Assembly: GCA_013265495.1 (NCBI GenBank)
Contig: MU058687.1
Coordinates: 4,276,093-4,340,092, forward strand
DNA from: Vicugna vicugna
Lineage: Eukaryota
Reading direction: 5' to 3'
Length of the DNA: 64,000 nt
Shown here: one piece after another, positions 37,722 through 52,129 of the stretch
Layout of the letters: each line of letters opens with the position of its first letter
Numbering within the stretch: the first letter of the stretch is position 1
Position numbers and translations under genes: made by a program
The notes under the pieces: generated by a model
What the model was told of the DNA's origin: nothing
The model's database searches: none
What the model saw: the letters and a program-made list of their open reading frames with translations, nothing else

Positions 37722-38098
37722 TGTGTCAGGACAGACTAGGATCTTCTATGACAACAAACAGCCATCAAGTCTTATGGCTTAAAGCAACAGAATTTATTGC
37801 TCATTCATACTACATCGCCATCTCTGATGTGCTGGGAGCTGTGTCTCATGCTGTCTTTACTTAGGGACCAAGGCTGGTAGGGCAGTCACCATCTAGAACA
37901 TGACTGGCCACCGTGATAGAGGGAGACAGTGGTGAATCAGGCACTGGTCTCTAACACTTCTGCCCAGAAGTGATGCTAGCTAGTTTGACCAAAGGAAGTC
38001 AAATGGCTACACCAAGCATCAAAGAAGTTGGGAGTGCAATCTTACCGTGTGCTTAAAAGTCCTGGAAATACTTGGTTGCAAGCACTAATGCTGCCACA
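37722..38098 (-). mobile_element. MaLR LTR, MLT1J/K-like
   Basis: 'tggcttaaagcaacagaatttattgctc', 'cttagggaccaaggctg', 'cttctgcccagaagtga', ends 'gcactaatgctgccaca'. Confidence 0.7.
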
Positions 38099-38415
38099 GA
38101 TGGGCAGTGGGGTAACAAGACAGACAGCACTTGTCATTTCTAGAATTGCCCTCTCTACAAGAAATAGTCATTTCCTTTTTCCTTCTTTGGAATGTCTTTG
38201 TTCACCAACTCTGCATTGAGGGCCCACTATGCAAAGAACTATAAAGCATAGAAGAGGGTCAAGGCATACAGGAAAAAATAGAATCTTACTCAATTATTCT
38301 GAACCTGAAACTGCACTTTTATTTCTAAGAGGGCATAGATTTGCTTTTATTTATTCAGTCAATCATTCATTCAAAAAATGAAAAGTCATTTTTTTCAACA
38401 AATAAATATTGAATT

Positions 38416-39190
38416 GTCTTTTTTTTTTCCTGATGATAACCACTTCTCCAATTCTACAACACTGAGTTTCCAATAATTTTGTTCAATTTTGGCAATACTT
38501 AGAGTTAGTGCAGACCCCAAAGGTCAAGGACTCAGTCCCACAGGGCAGCCCTACCCCTGCCTTCAGATACCAGCTGCAAGTGGGGTGCCCCAGCTACCTC
38601 TGCCTCTGCCTAGTCACCTGCAAATTAGAGGTGCCCATGATCCCCTCCTTTGGTTCAGTAATTTCCTAGAGTGACTCACAGAACTCAAATGTTTTACTTA
38701 ACAATTTTCAGTTTATTTTAAAGGAGTCAACTTAGGGACAGCCGAATGGAAGAGAAGCAGAGGCCAAGGATCAGGAGAGGGAGGGAGGGCCCCAGGAGGG
38801 AGGGCCCCCCTCTGGGCAGGTTACCATCCCTGCACGTTGCTGTGTGCATCCATCTGGGAGCTTCTCAAACCCAATTTAGGGGTTTTATTGAGGTTTCATT
38901 ATGTTGACGTGATTGATGAAATTATTGACCACTGGTGATTGAACGCAATCTCTAGCCCCTCTCCTCAGTCTGGAGGTTGGAGATAGAACTGAGAGTTCTG
39001 ACCCTCTAATCTGATAGTTTTTCGAGCAACCAGCCCCTATCTTGAAGCTCTATAGGACCTCCTCCTGTGGCCCCCACAGTGAGTCATCTCATTAGTATAC
39101 AAAACAAACAGTAAGTTCTGAGCATTTTAGGTGCTCTTTTCCAGGAACCTGAGAGAAAGAACACATGTTTATTTTTTTTATTATATCACA
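38416..39190 (-). mobile_element. MER21 family LTR (MER21C-like) nested in an antisense L2 3' end
   Basis: 'gagttagtgcagaccccaaaggtcaaggactcagtcccaca', 'tgactcacagaactc', 'ccaggaacc..ttattatatcaca'; L2 text stops at 'aataaatattgaa' and resumes at 'cacccatatgccaagc..gatacagtgatgaa'. Confidence 0.85.
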
Positions 39191-42100
39191 AACACCCATA
39201 TGCCAAGCTAGGTCCAAGACACTGGTGATACAGTGATGAATGGAGTAGACAGTCCCTGTCCTCATGGACTTCAAGTTAGGCAGACTCATTGAAGGGGACA
39301 TCAGCCTAGAGGAGTGTTAGTGAAAGTTGAAAACAGGTAAATAAAACATAACCTTTACTCTCATAAGCATTTGCCTCCATATGTGAGTAAGGAGCAAACT
39401 GGGAGCAAGGAGAAGATGCTGGGTGTGGGATGGAGATGAAAATTGGAGTTAACACTGAATTTCCAATGACCCGAATCACTTTTAATCCCATCTGTTAGAT
39501 GTGGTCTAAGGTTGGCACATTTTCCTTATCAAAGCACAGGACAAGTGCTGGACGGAGGGACCAGGAAAGTGAAGCCAAATAGGGAGGGTACTTTTAAACA
39601 CCATCCCAGGGTGCAAACTTGGTTATACAGTTAATGCAGCATAATATAATCACGTACAAATACACATATGGATTAATGGACACATGAATTGACAAATTCC
39701 TAAGATATAGATTATTACATATAAACTACTTATATATGGAACTATATTAAATCACTTACATTTCTTCCTTTGAATTTTGAATTTAGGAGATTTGCAGCTT
39801 GAATTCTTACGGAAATCTTAAAACTTCCTTTGAAAACCGTACAGAAAAAAAAAAAATCCTTGAAAAGGCATACCTTTCAGAATACTCACATCTTGTTACT
39901 TTTTTTTTTTCTGGTTCTTCTTACCCTTTTTGACTTCTCCAGATCTCTAAACAGGAAGTTTTTTATTTAGTTCTGCTGAAGTTATAACCCTGATGGTTTT
40001 ACTGAAATTGATCTACTAATTTTTCCCTGTGATCACACATTCAAGTCCATGGAGGTTTTCTTTCACTTGATAAGGAACTGTATCTAGAATATTTCACTGC
40101 CCTTTACGGGCATTTTACACCTTTTGAACGAATACTTCCATCTTATAAAAACATTAGCGGTCATAATGAGGTTGAGTCCAATTGGGTTAAACTTGTAAGT
40201 AAAACAAAATGCTCCAATCTGTGGTTTAAACATTTTGAACTTTCAGAATGTAATTAGGCATAGCATCTATTTATCTCAGAAGCTTACCTTGTGAATTTTT
40301 TGAATTATTGGTATAGTTTCTAAAATACTGTCTCCATTTTTGAGGCCAAGGTCACAAAACAGAAAAAAAAAAATTGTGCATCGGAGTAAGGTAGTAGAGC
40401 AGGCTCTGCTTGCCAGGTCAAGTTCATGCTGTTCATGGGCTGTCAACCAATTTGGGCGCAGCTGGTGAAAGGCGCTTTGGATACACTGTATTACTATCCA
40501 TCTGGTTTCTCCAGTTAATAATAGTGTTCTCTGCCGTCTTTCACGTAGGTGGGAGTTTTGCCAACGTTGTCCCAGCGGCCCCTTTTCCTGTGGGCTTTCG
40601 CTAAGTGGCAGCCTCATCTTGTGGGCAGCGAAAAGGGGAGACGCACTTTGAGTTAATCAGGGTTACGGAAGAGCGAGGTCGGTGTTGACTTCAACACAAG
40701 ATGGGCCGAGCGCTCTCTCATGGGTGTGATTGTGTAACTTTAAAAAATGCCTTAAAGTAAATGTGCAGGCTTCTGACTAATGTTAGAATAAGAGCTTAAA
40801 TCTAGCCACTTCACTCTCTAGTGAAAATCCTGACAGAAAGTAAAAGGATGATTTCTCGTGTGATGAATTTATTATAGATGCTCAGTTCTTTGAGGAATAC
40901 ACATCTCAAGTTTTCTTTACCCCCTTTCCCCCCAAAGATCTCTTTCAACTATACTGTGTCAGATACTCACTTCTACTACCTTAACTACATCTTAAACAAG
41001 TTCCACAATTTCTCATTTATTTCATTAACTGAAACCTAGTCCAGTCCAGTTTGTGTTCATCTCTTACTTGCCTTAACTTATAGACTGCCCTTTATAGACT
41101 GGCCTTATGACTCAGGGGCTACTTGATTTTGAGGCCAAGCCCCTCCATGTGTGGTGTGCTTTAAACTGGAACTGGTCTCTGTGGGAAGTGCAGGATCTTC
41201 TTAGGTTTAACACTGCTTATGGACGGTGCCTCAGTTTCGCACAACTTGAGCTTGCTCTGTTCTCTGTTGATGTGGTGATTTCTGCCTGGGTTGTGTGTGC
41301 TTTTCTAAAGTGTGGGGGTCAGGTTTGTCTTAAGCCCTCCTCCTCTGAAGACCGCCTGAGAGGGATCAGCTTCGTTGACCATGAGCCCTGCCACAAACCC
41401 ACCGGCACCTTTTCCTGGTTGGGCATCCATACCTGGCTGCTTGACCTGGTGACGGCCAAGGGCATTCTCCTCCTCTTGCCTCCACACTCCTTGGAGCAGA
41501 AATACAGGAACTACTGAGGGTCCCTCTGAGACCCTCAAAGCCCCTGAGGAGCTGGGATTGATTGCCTCATCCTTTAGTCGTCAGGCTTAGCCTCTCCAAG
41601 CTATACTGGCACGGTCTGCTGTGGCTGGCTTGAACCTTTCAAAATTTCAAGACTGGAAATATGCACCAGCTGTAACTTTTCCATATCCCAGGGGATGAAT
41701 GCCAGACTCTTTAAGGAGAGTCTTACTATGGCTATTCCAGGAGAAGCAATAGGTGGGCCTGCAGGGCCCATCGAACATTGATCAGGAAATGGGATGAAGA
41801 TGCTGCCTCTGTGAGTGACTGCGATTAAGGATTACCACTGCTCCTCACTGAAGCCAGGTGTCAGCTGGGGAAGGGAAGAAGAACAACTTCACAAAAGCCA
41901 CCTTTCCCATAAAAATCCAGTTCCCTTCCACCCATCTCCAGTCTGGCACTTGGCGGTAGTTGAGAAGATTCTGTCACCTTCCAGAAGACCTGGTGGTGGG
42001 AGGTGACTGTCTCCAACTTGTGGCAGTTTATTGGTGGCTCTGCATGGGTCTTGGGCATAATCCTCAGATTAGCAGAAAAGTTTTCTCTTAGCGTCCTGCT

Positions 42101-42864
42101 AACAGTTTTTTGTTACTCATCTCTGTCCCCAGACTAACAACAGAAAGAAAACAGAAAGAGCTGTAATACATTTTTATGTTTCCTGCTCTTGATGTCAGAT
42201 ATGGCAGTCTGTTTTCTGAAGAGCTGTTTTGAAGGTTTGAGTACATGAGATACACTGCAGGTATCAGCATGGAAAAATGAAAGAGGATTTTAACAAATCA
42301 CGTTCTGATCTTCTTTCAAGGCCTGTGAAAGATGTCCACTGTTTCCGCTTTCAGTGACATCCCACGGAGGCTAAGACTTCACCTGGAGAATTCTGTTTTG
42401 GATACAGTGAACAGCTTCTTAAAGATGGCATTGGTTAGTCAGTGCTCCCGCCCCCACAGAAAAGAGGAGAATTGAGGAATTAAAGAAATACCAAGAAACA
42501 GAAGAACAACCAGGATCTTTGGTGGAGTTCTCGCTCTGCCATGTTTCCTAACTTTAAGGTATTTGATTTGTGAATGCTCTTGATAAGAGATAATGTTTAT
42601 TGAGCACTTATTGTGTATCAGATACTGGGATAAGGGTTCCATAAGCTCTGTGTGGCTTAGTGCTCATGGCGTCCTCATGCACGGCGTGCTGTTAGTGCAG
42701 AAACACTACCATAATCTTCCAGCCAGGTTGAGATTGATTTGTTAACCAACCTCTTTTGGCTCTTCTTCTTTCACCCATAATAATCGAATTGTCCTATATT
42801 TCTGTAAGGATATTCTAAGGTATTTTTTCGGGTGGCTTATTAAAATCTTTAATATGTGTTGGTA

Positions 42865-43100
42865 TGATAGCTAACAATTATTAGGGGCTTAGTATGTGCC
42901 AGTTTTTAAGCTATGCAATCTGTATGCAGATCTTATATTAGCCCCAAACACTCATGGGAGTTAATTATTATCAATTCCATTTCAAAATAATGAAGAAGAG
43001 AGGATGAAAGACAGCTCCAAGTTCACACAGATGGAGAACCCAGCTCAGGATTTTTGAGCCAGGCCTGTCTGACTCCACAGCCCACGAGTTTAACCCTTAC
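42865..43100 (-). mobile_element. MIR SINE
   Basis: 'gatagctaacaattattaggggcttagtatgtgccag..gagccaggcctgtctgactccacagcccacg'. Confidence 0.8.
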
Positions 43101-44959
43101 TTTGCTAACTTCCTTCATGGCCCATTGTCAGAACAGAAAGAACATTTCCAGTGAATCCACGCTGTGCTCCAGTGCTTATTACTTCATCTTCTTGATGATG
43201 ATAAACCATTCTCTTAGCAGTCTGTTCTAAATTTTTAGCCTATTCATTTTGTTAATTTCCCCCAAAAAGCAAAGCAGTAACATGTGCCATTCTATGGAAT
43301 CTAAAGATTTGACCTTAAAAAAATTTGCAGGCTGGAGAACAGAATTTAATATAATGCCTAAAAGTGAAGTAACACTTGTTAGATGCTATTGAGATTCAAT
43401 CCAAAAGTGATTTCCTAGGTCCCAGAAGCTTAAACTAAAGTGATTCTCAGAAATAAGGGTGTTTCTGATGAATTGGGGAGTTGATAAAAATTTTCCAAAA
43501 GGAGATTACTGGAAAGAAGGTGTTGTCCTGTTTGTGGTGTGAGATTGGCACTGACGTTACGCCGTGCGGAACACATCATTGTCTAGTTTGTTTCCTCAAA
43601 CTCAGTTGCCAACATTTTCAGCGGAGGTTATTAGATATTTTAAAGTACCTTTAATCTTAAAGTGGGTGCTAGTGGGACAAAAGAAATCTCCTACAAAAGT
43701 TTTTTTTTTGAGTTAGCTCTGTATTAATAAGCATGATTCTTGCAATTAAGCAAGTCTATGATAACTATACTAAATTATATGGCATGGCATTTGCTGTCTG
43801 TATTCAAGGCTGAATTGTGTGTCTGTGTATAAGTTTCTACATTCATGTTTATAGTGACTTCTGGAAAGTTTTAGTGTTTTCTCTCAGTCTCCGGTAAACT
43901 GGAATTACATCCTTTTGTGAGTTTTTGTACTCATGCTACCTTCGGGGGTTCCGAAATGCTTCTGGTGCCCCTTACAATGTAGATTTCTCTCACTGGCCTC
44001 TTTCTTGCTGACTGGGCGCACTTGAGGACTGAGCCGCAGGCTTCTGGTTTCTCTCGTGGACTTACTGCCGAGGAGCAGGAGCTCTGCTGAAAAAGCTGCA
44101 GGGCTGAGCCTGGGCTTCCACAAAAACGAACTGCTGGCAAAACCACGGCTTTTCCATTTGAAGAGCAGCCATCAGCAAACAAAACGACTCTGGGCGTTTT
44201 ACCTTCAGGGTCTGGTGGAGAGCTGAAGTGTGTTCCCCATCAGTTGGCTCATTTGTGCATATTGGCAGGTTCTGGGTTGTTTCTGGATCTCTTAAGCTGT
44301 CTTTTTAATGAGGAAAGAATCCTACAAACTGTGACACCATCCCCACAAGTTTCAAGTCTGTCTAGAAATCCGTTGTTAAGCTACCAGTAGAGTTTCATAG
44401 CAGGAAATCTGTATAATGAGGTCTGATTATCTACTGGTTTCTAGTGGAAGAAGGTGTGTGCCCGGAGGCGCTTTGGGACACTGAGAACGCTTGTTAGCTA
44501 CTTCTTGAATGCACACTGTTGTATGAAAGAAACAAAACTCAGATTTAACCCTGTTAGAGCTTACTTGCCAGAGAATGATTGAAAACCCACATACACACAG
44601 AAAAATGATTTATACATGTGCAAAACTGGGAAGATAAAACAATGAGAAAACCTGGTAGTTAAATGTGATGGTTTGGCTCTTTTACTTCTGTTCTGGACCA
44701 TTGCTTTTGCCAAGCCCCTCCCCTGTGAACACAGGTCACCTTCTCAGAAAGGTGTCAGTTGAGGAAGAGGCTTGATGCGATCCTGAGAGATAACCTTAAA
44801 CTGACGTTCAGTCTTCAGGTACCCTCACTGAACAGGACGTACCAGCTAGACGACGTACACCTTCCACCTTGAACCTTCTCTATATGCTGAGTACAAGGCA
44901 GACCCTTAAAAACCCCTTCAAGGATAGTGTCGCTGTTATCAGCACAAATTCCTTTGTTC

Positions 44960-45285
44960 CTTCACTTACTAGCTGAGTGGCTTTGAGGAAGTGATATATA
45001 CTCCCTAAATCTCAGTTTCTTCATCTATGAAGAGGGCACACTAATAGTCACAAGTTGACAGGAGGGTTGATGGGATAATTTTATTATGTAAAACATGTAT
45101 TATGTATGTTTTATTTACATGGGGAGGGTTTAATACATGTTAAAAGCTGTAATTGTTGTAATTACGTAAAGTTCCCCTTGATAGCTGAGGAACGTCAGGC
45201 TTGGAAGGGTTAAGAGGCTTTCCCAAGGTCACAGAGTTAAAGCAGAAGAGCAGGAATTTGAACCCAGTTCGTTCTGACTCCAGAT
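44960..45285. mobile_element. Two MIR fragments in opposite orientation
   Basis: Sense 'cacttactagctgagtggctttg..ctcagtttcttcatct', then antisense 'tttcccaaggtcacagag..ggaatttgaacccag..tctgactcca'. Confidence 0.7.
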
Positions 45286-48200
45286 CAAGTTTCTTTCTAA
45301 TAGATCATCACTTGTATTCAATAAAAATATATTTTCTGAGCTCCGACTGTGTGAGTACTCTGTTGAGTGCTGACCAGCTGGACTCAGTCGCTTTCCCCAT
45401 GGAACCCACTTTCCAGCTGCCTCTAAAACTGCCTCTCCCTGTGTTGTGCCTTCCCTGGCTTTCAGGACCAGGATACTGAGTCCCCATCATGCTCCAGGCC
45501 ACTCTGTAGCTTGGAAGAGTGAGGCTGCCTTGGGCCGACTTTGTAGGGAGGAGGGTTTCCTAAGAACAGAAATGGCCGGATCCCACGCCTGCAGTTTGAG
45601 AGAGCAGTGACGGTGGCCACCACAGCAGGAGTGCTGGAGAGGACAGGCTGACCACGGCTGGAGGAGCACTGGCCCCTCCCGCAGATACTGCACTGCACTG
45701 TTTCCACCGTGGCGTGGAGTGGTGTGAGGAATCGCTGGGACTCTGTTTTTACTTCTGCTGCTTATAAATCTTATGATCTTCTGGGGCTACTCTCCGTGCC
45801 TCAGTTCCTCACCTGCAAGATCGGGATCACATTAGTCTGATCTCACAGAAACTTCATAGCCAGGACTGCTGAGCACACAGAAAGGATTCAGTGAATACTA
45901 GTAGTTAGCATTAATATGTGTCCAGCACTGTGTCATCCCACTGAATCCTCCTCCCATCGTGCCTGGGAAATTGACATTGTTAACATTTCCACTGACCAGA
46001 TGAAGAACAAGGTTGCACGACTCATAGCTGCCAGAACTAAGGGTTCAACGTAAAGCATCTAACTCAACCTGCGCTTTACACACTGTGCTGAGCTGCCTCC
46101 TGAGTAGCTTGAGGAGCCTGGGCTCAGTGTCCAGGAGACAGAAATACGGATTCAGACGGTCTCTAGTTCCCCAAGATTTTGTTCAGTTTTAAGTGTTTAA
46201 AAAGAGATACATAAATCAAGTGCTTTGGGGTATGGGTGAGGGACAGTGAGCGGCCAAGCATCTCTCTTTGTGGACTGGCAGGAGAATGAAAGAGATTGGC
46301 AACGGAGGCGTGAGATAGATGGTGAGACGTTCATGGTTTTTAGATTTGGGTAGATATGGGGTAGAATTCTAGCTCAGCGTACATCCTGGGCTTTAATACC
46401 TGTGCGGCTCAGGCCACAGTTGATAAATATATTACTTAACCTTTGAGCCTCGGTATCATAAGCTGGAAAAGAAGGAAGTAGGGGAGAGAGAGAGAGAGAG
46501 AAAGACGGAGCTCGCAAGGGATTGTAACGTGTAACTCTTGGAGAAGTTAGGCACTGGGTGATCCTTGATAGTTCAGCATCATGCATGGTGCTGGTGCCAG
46601 TTTCCATCCTTTCCCCATGGATGATGGAGAGATATCAACCTGCATTTGATGGAGAAGAGCAGTCTAGGTGGTGGGAACAGCAGCAGAAGTGCAAAGGCAG
46701 CAAAGGGGTGTCTGGAAAATTGCAAGTAGCACAAACCTATGCAAATGAAAATCACACAGTTTACAGAGCTTGTGTTTGGAGAAGAGGTGTGAGATGAGAA
46801 TGGCAGGGAAGGTGATTTTCAGACGCTGAATGTTCTTCTAAATATATGGATTACTTATAGGCTCCAGTCACCGTTTCTGAGTGAGGAAATAAGCAGACAC
46901 CGGGTTACAGGGAGAGTAACGTGTCTTCCACATCCAAGGTAGATTGATATTGAGACAAGGGGTGTAGACAGGAAGGGGGAAGGGGCTGAAAATAAAGAGA
47001 TCTATTGGGTTAGTGTGGTTACAGTTAAATTAAAGCAGTGGCCCTGATAATAAAAAGAAAAAGAAAAGCAGCATGGTGGTATCAGTTAGCTATTGTTGGG
47101 AGGAAAGAACTTGTAAGACAACATAACTGATTCAGAAGTTTGAAAGATCTCATCTAAAGACTTGCAATACGATAATCATACCTTTAAGAATTTGCCCAAG
47201 GAAACCATGTTTCTTTGACTGGAGAAATGGCACAGTGTAGCTATAGGGTGCAAATATTTTGAAAATAAAGTCAAGTAAGCACACAAGCAAGTGACAATGC
47301 TAGAAAGAGAGAGGGGCGGATCTAGACAGATCTAGATACACAGATACATATGCATATAGATAGTGTGTATCTACAGAGAGAGAGAGAGAGACGGAGTATA
47401 AGTTCTTAAGTCAGTGGATGCTGGGAAGGGAGAAAAGTTTCTTTTATTAGTTAGGCTGTTTCCTCTGCTTTTGGCCTGATAAGGAGTCATAATATCCAAC
47501 AGTGTCTAATAGGTGAGTCAGGTGCCTCTTCACTTTTCATTTCAATGGCCAAGTGAAGTGTCCGGGAGCATTTTCTAATGAACACAGTTGGCTGCATTTC
47601 TAACCACAGGGGTTCTTAAAGAGTGCAGTTTGTTTTCCAAAGCAGAGACTGTTGCTCCTGGTGCTAGGAACTGAGAAACTAAATTTCGCTCTAATGGTTG
47701 CACATTTAAACCCCCATTTCTTGGCCCCTGGAAGCGTGACTTTCTCTAGTCTGAAGCATTTCTTTGCCATTGAAAGGTTAGCATCTCTGGAAAGGAACAT
47801 ATATTGAAAGGAGAGTATCAGCTCAGCACTCAGTGCTTTTAACACTTATTTGACATGAGCTTTCACCCTTCATGTGTTTTCTCTACAGAATGAAAAATCA
47901 ACAAATGTATCTTCTGTGTGATCCCCGGATATTAACGGCACCTGCCTGGGACTAAGGCACAGGAAAGATTTTCCCCAAGTGCATTTTTTTCCCAGTGAGA
48001 AGAGTTACTTAGCAGCACCCCAGATTCTGCTGTAGGCTCATTTATTCCAGCAATGAGATTGATTTGCGATTCCAGCAGAGGGTTCAAGCACGGGTTTTGT
48101 TTTGTTTTGTTTCTACTCATGCAGTGTGTCATTATTGACACCATTTAAGCGAAAGACTGCGTAATTCATAACATTTCTGTTTGGCTTTGAGATGCATTTG

Positions 48201-48524
48201 TATTTACAGTTCCATATTTGCTACTAAATGAACTAACCTGCTGACAGGAGGTGCTCTGTCAGGCTCAGGAGAGTTTGAATGTGGTACGGATGTGTGTGGC
48301 GTCGAGTGACTACGCCATGCTGTGAGCAGAAGCCTGACCGTCTCTGCCATCAGGGAGATGCGTGGTGGAGGCACCTGGAGGGGGGCCCAGCTTGTCTTGA
48401 AGAGCTGGTCTTCTGCTTCTCACCCTGCTCCTTCCTGGCAGGCTGCCGATAGAGCTGAGTTATTAAGCTTGGGCAGAGTTACGCTTGCCCTTCCTCATCT
48501 TGTGTCCCCCCCCTCTACAGGACG

Positions 48525-48990
48525 GGGTAGTGGTTAAGGATGCCTTTGCTGATTCCGTCAGCAGTGCTTCTCCCACCCGTGTTCCCTCAGCCCGTCTTGA
48601 GGTCACCTGTGGACAGTTTGCTGCCCTGTCTTCCTGAGAGTGTTCACCAGCCACAGGAGCCTGCTTGGCCTGCTTGAGACAGACTTAAAGTGCTGGAGAT
48701 AGGGACCAAATTGGTAGATAAATGAGGGCTAGAATTTGGAGATAAATGTCCTGGCTTCCTCGTCCCTCGGAGGTGGTCCTTAGGTGTGCTCCACACGCTC
48801 TGCTGGAGGCTCCCTGGTGAGACCAAAACCCCAGTGTCCACAGCAATCCCCTGGCTATTACCCGGATTTCCTCCCTCCTCTGACTGTCCCATTTCTCACC
48901 CTGCTTCCTGGGATCCCCTCCCAAATAAATTACCTGCACCCAAATCCTTGTCTTAGGGTCTGCTTTTAGGAGGGACCCCAGGGGAAGACA
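48525..48990 (+). mobile_element. ERVL LTR, LTR16 family
   Basis: 3' end 'gcttcctgggatcccctcccaaataaattacctgcacccaaatccttgtcttagggtctgctttt..gaagaca'. Confidence 0.8.
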
Positions 48991-51900
48991 GTTACAGAAT
49001 TTAGCACAGGGACGCCTTGTGGCAAATTCCAGTTTGTTTCTTACAGTCTTAAATCAAAGACAATGATTAGACATCTTGTTACTTCAATTTCCTCACCTCT
49101 AGGAGAGATATAGCAACGTGAAATAATTCATATCAAGTACTTAGCATAATGTCTGCCACATTGTAAGTTTTCAATAAACTTTGACTTCAGTTATTATTAT
49201 TATTAATGTTGGTTTACTTCAAATCATCTCTAAATAGATGGCCTGAACAGCTGTAGACAATTACAGGATTTAAAAATTCTGGCAGCTTTCTCACATGTGC
49301 ATAAACTGTAGGAGCTTAAAAGTTTTTCAGGCTCCTGGTGGCCTGCAAGTTACAGATTCATGTTGGTGGAGGAGATGTGTGCACGTTAAGGAGGACTGGC
49401 TGGTGGGGTGAAAGGCCAGGCTTCTCGTGCTTCAGTGAACGGCCTGATGGGGACACTGAGCAAGAGCCTCATTGGAGTCCGTGTTCCTGGCACACTAGAG
49501 AGAGAAATGATTTTCTGGGGCTTTGCTAACATTTTGAAAAACTCAGTCAGTAGTGCTTCTGCTTATGGATAACATGGTATGCTAAGAAGGAATATGTTAA
49601 CAAGCATCTGTTGAGTGCCTGTTATGCCCCAGACATTCAGTTTGATGCTCGGTGATCAAGACGAACATGACTTGGTTCCTGGTTTCAAGTCTGGTGGGGG
49701 AGACGGACATGTAAACAGATAAATGACAGCATAAAGTGCTGTGGCTGTACTGAGAAGAAAGGAGTTCACTTCGGCTAAGACAGGGAAAAAGGAGTTTGGA
49801 TAGACTTCAGTGTGCCCTGGAGGTGGCTTTGCAGAGGAGGAGGCTGAAGCTCCTGGAATGCATGGAGGTTATCTAAGGCACATGGCTGCTGCGCGAGGAG
49901 CCAGCGTTCAACCAGAGCTTTCCTTCTCCAGGCCTCTCTCCATCATGCTGGCTGTTGTGGTGACAGGTGGAAAAGTCCAGGGAGCTGCACTCTGGGTCTA
50001 GTCTTCCACCCCACACCAGTTCCCCTTGCAGGAAATCCCAGTGCTGTCTCAGTCTGTAGTCATGGAGCTCCAGGGCATGTGGCACTTGGAATTTTCTTTT
50101 TGTTTGTTGCAGAGAAAATATGAAACTGGTGGATGACGGTGGTCACGAGGTATGGACTTCCAGTTATAAGATACATAAATAAGTCCTGTGGAAGTAATGT
50201 ACAGATGCTTACTAATAACATTTTAAAAATCTATGTACATATGAAACTGAGGTAATTTACACACACATAATTTAAGTGGAAAGAGAAAAAGGGGGCGAGG
50301 CCTCTGGATGGCCTGCTATTTACAATAGTAATAAAAGGAGACTTTTGTTTTCCTCAGCAGCTCAGGAAAATAGGATGAAGAGATTGTGATCAGGGATAAT
50401 GTACACAGAATCTTAACTTTTACCCTCTCGTTGATCCACAACTTGAAATTGTCTATTTTCCCACATTAAGTGACCTCCACTGTCAGGCAGAATTAATAAA
50501 CCCTTATGATTTATCAGATTATTTGGACACAGAACAAATGAAGTTTTCATTAAGAAAAAGTCAAGACCTTGGGGTTGTAAAGCAGGATTTGGGGAGCAGG
50601 CTGATTGGCGGGGGTAGTGATGAAAGAATCAACAGCATCTGGTGTCTGAAATAGTCATTAGCATCCTACCAGAAATAAACGATAGCCTCCACCCTTAGGA
50701 GATCAAATAAGAGCTAATATGAAAAAATTAAAAAAGGGATATAATCAATTTATATGCAGTAATCATAGGACTGTGTGATGTTATAAAAGAAAAGGAGTGG
50801 TTAATCAGAGAGGAAGTGAGGACAGGAAACCAGCCTTTATTGAACACTTGCTGAAGGCTTCCATGCTGTGGATATGAACAGTCCCATTTCACAGATGGGG
50901 ACACTGAGAATCAGATATTTAGTGTTAAGTGCCTTACCTGAAGGGGCAGAAGTGAAATTAGAACCCAGGATCAGTGCTGAGCCCTTAGAAAACTATCCTC
51001 TCCACTCCAGACCATGTTGTTCAGGTGAAAACATGCCACAGGCTGCAGTTCCAAGGAGGAGAGGAAGGTGATGCTGCAGTTAGGCGATGGGAGATTGTCT
51101 CAGGAGCACTGACGTTCACAAGCAAATTCTTGGAAGCAGAAGGAGACTGTGAGCCAGGAAGCTTGAGGAAACCATTTGGCTAGAAGGGAGAGTGTGAGCT
51201 TGGGGCTTAAGTAGAAATGGGCGGCGCCAGGCCCTGTGGGTCTGGCTGGGGGAGGACTTCACAGGCAGCACATTCTGTTTGAACTCAGTGATATTTTTGA
51301 ACATGTATGTTTCCAGAGTCAGATTCTAGAAAACAGAAGTAAGTAAAGCAAGTCTCCAGCCTCAAGGAGATGGCAGTGTAGGGCCTTAGATTTTAGCCCC
51401 AGGCCCTACTGAAAAGCGGCCTGGTTTTTCTGTTTGATCTAGAAGAGTCTCGAAGGGTGAGGTGGAAGAGGGGCTTGGTGGAAGAGGGGCTTTACTGAAG
51501 TAGTGGATGTGGAATCAGAGTCTGATTGCAAAGGATAAAATATCCCAAGATCAGTGAACGATACAACTCCTGCAGAGAGGATGCTCTGATGATATAGATG
51601 GAAGGCAGCTGGGAGGTGGACAAGGGTCTTGAGGGCAGAGAAGATGGCTGAACACATTTGGGAAATGTGTCCGGGAAGTGGTGTTTGAACTTAGCAACTT
51701 AGGTGTGATGGAGAGAGGCAAGTATAGAGTGTATGCTAGTAATTCTTAACCTTGAGCTCTGTCTTCTCAGGCACTGGGAGAATGAGGGAATGCTTTTTGA
51801 CATATTCCTTCCAGCCTTATATTTTCTTATTGTCAAATGAGGTAGAAACCAATATAAGGAGGTGTTCAGTGAATCAGTTGAAAATCCCGGGTACCTTCTG

Positions 51901-52129
51901 TGTGCTAATCAGAATTCTTGGAGTTGCTGGACTGTAAAAATATGAGATACCAACTCACTCTGTAGAAACTCAAAATCTAGGTGTGGGGCCAGAAAGATAG
52001 CCCACAAGCATTTCCAATATTTGCAATATGCAGCACAGAATATTTATGATTTGAATTATCTGTCCATCCCTTGTGAGCTACAGATGGCCAAAGTGTATCT
52101 TTATTATGGCAGATTTTACTTGTGCTGAA

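Noticed and set aside
44960..46100. Oppositely oriented MIR pairs as possible dsRNA stems
   Set aside because: Copies are too diverged to pair stably, and MIR density makes such adjacency expected
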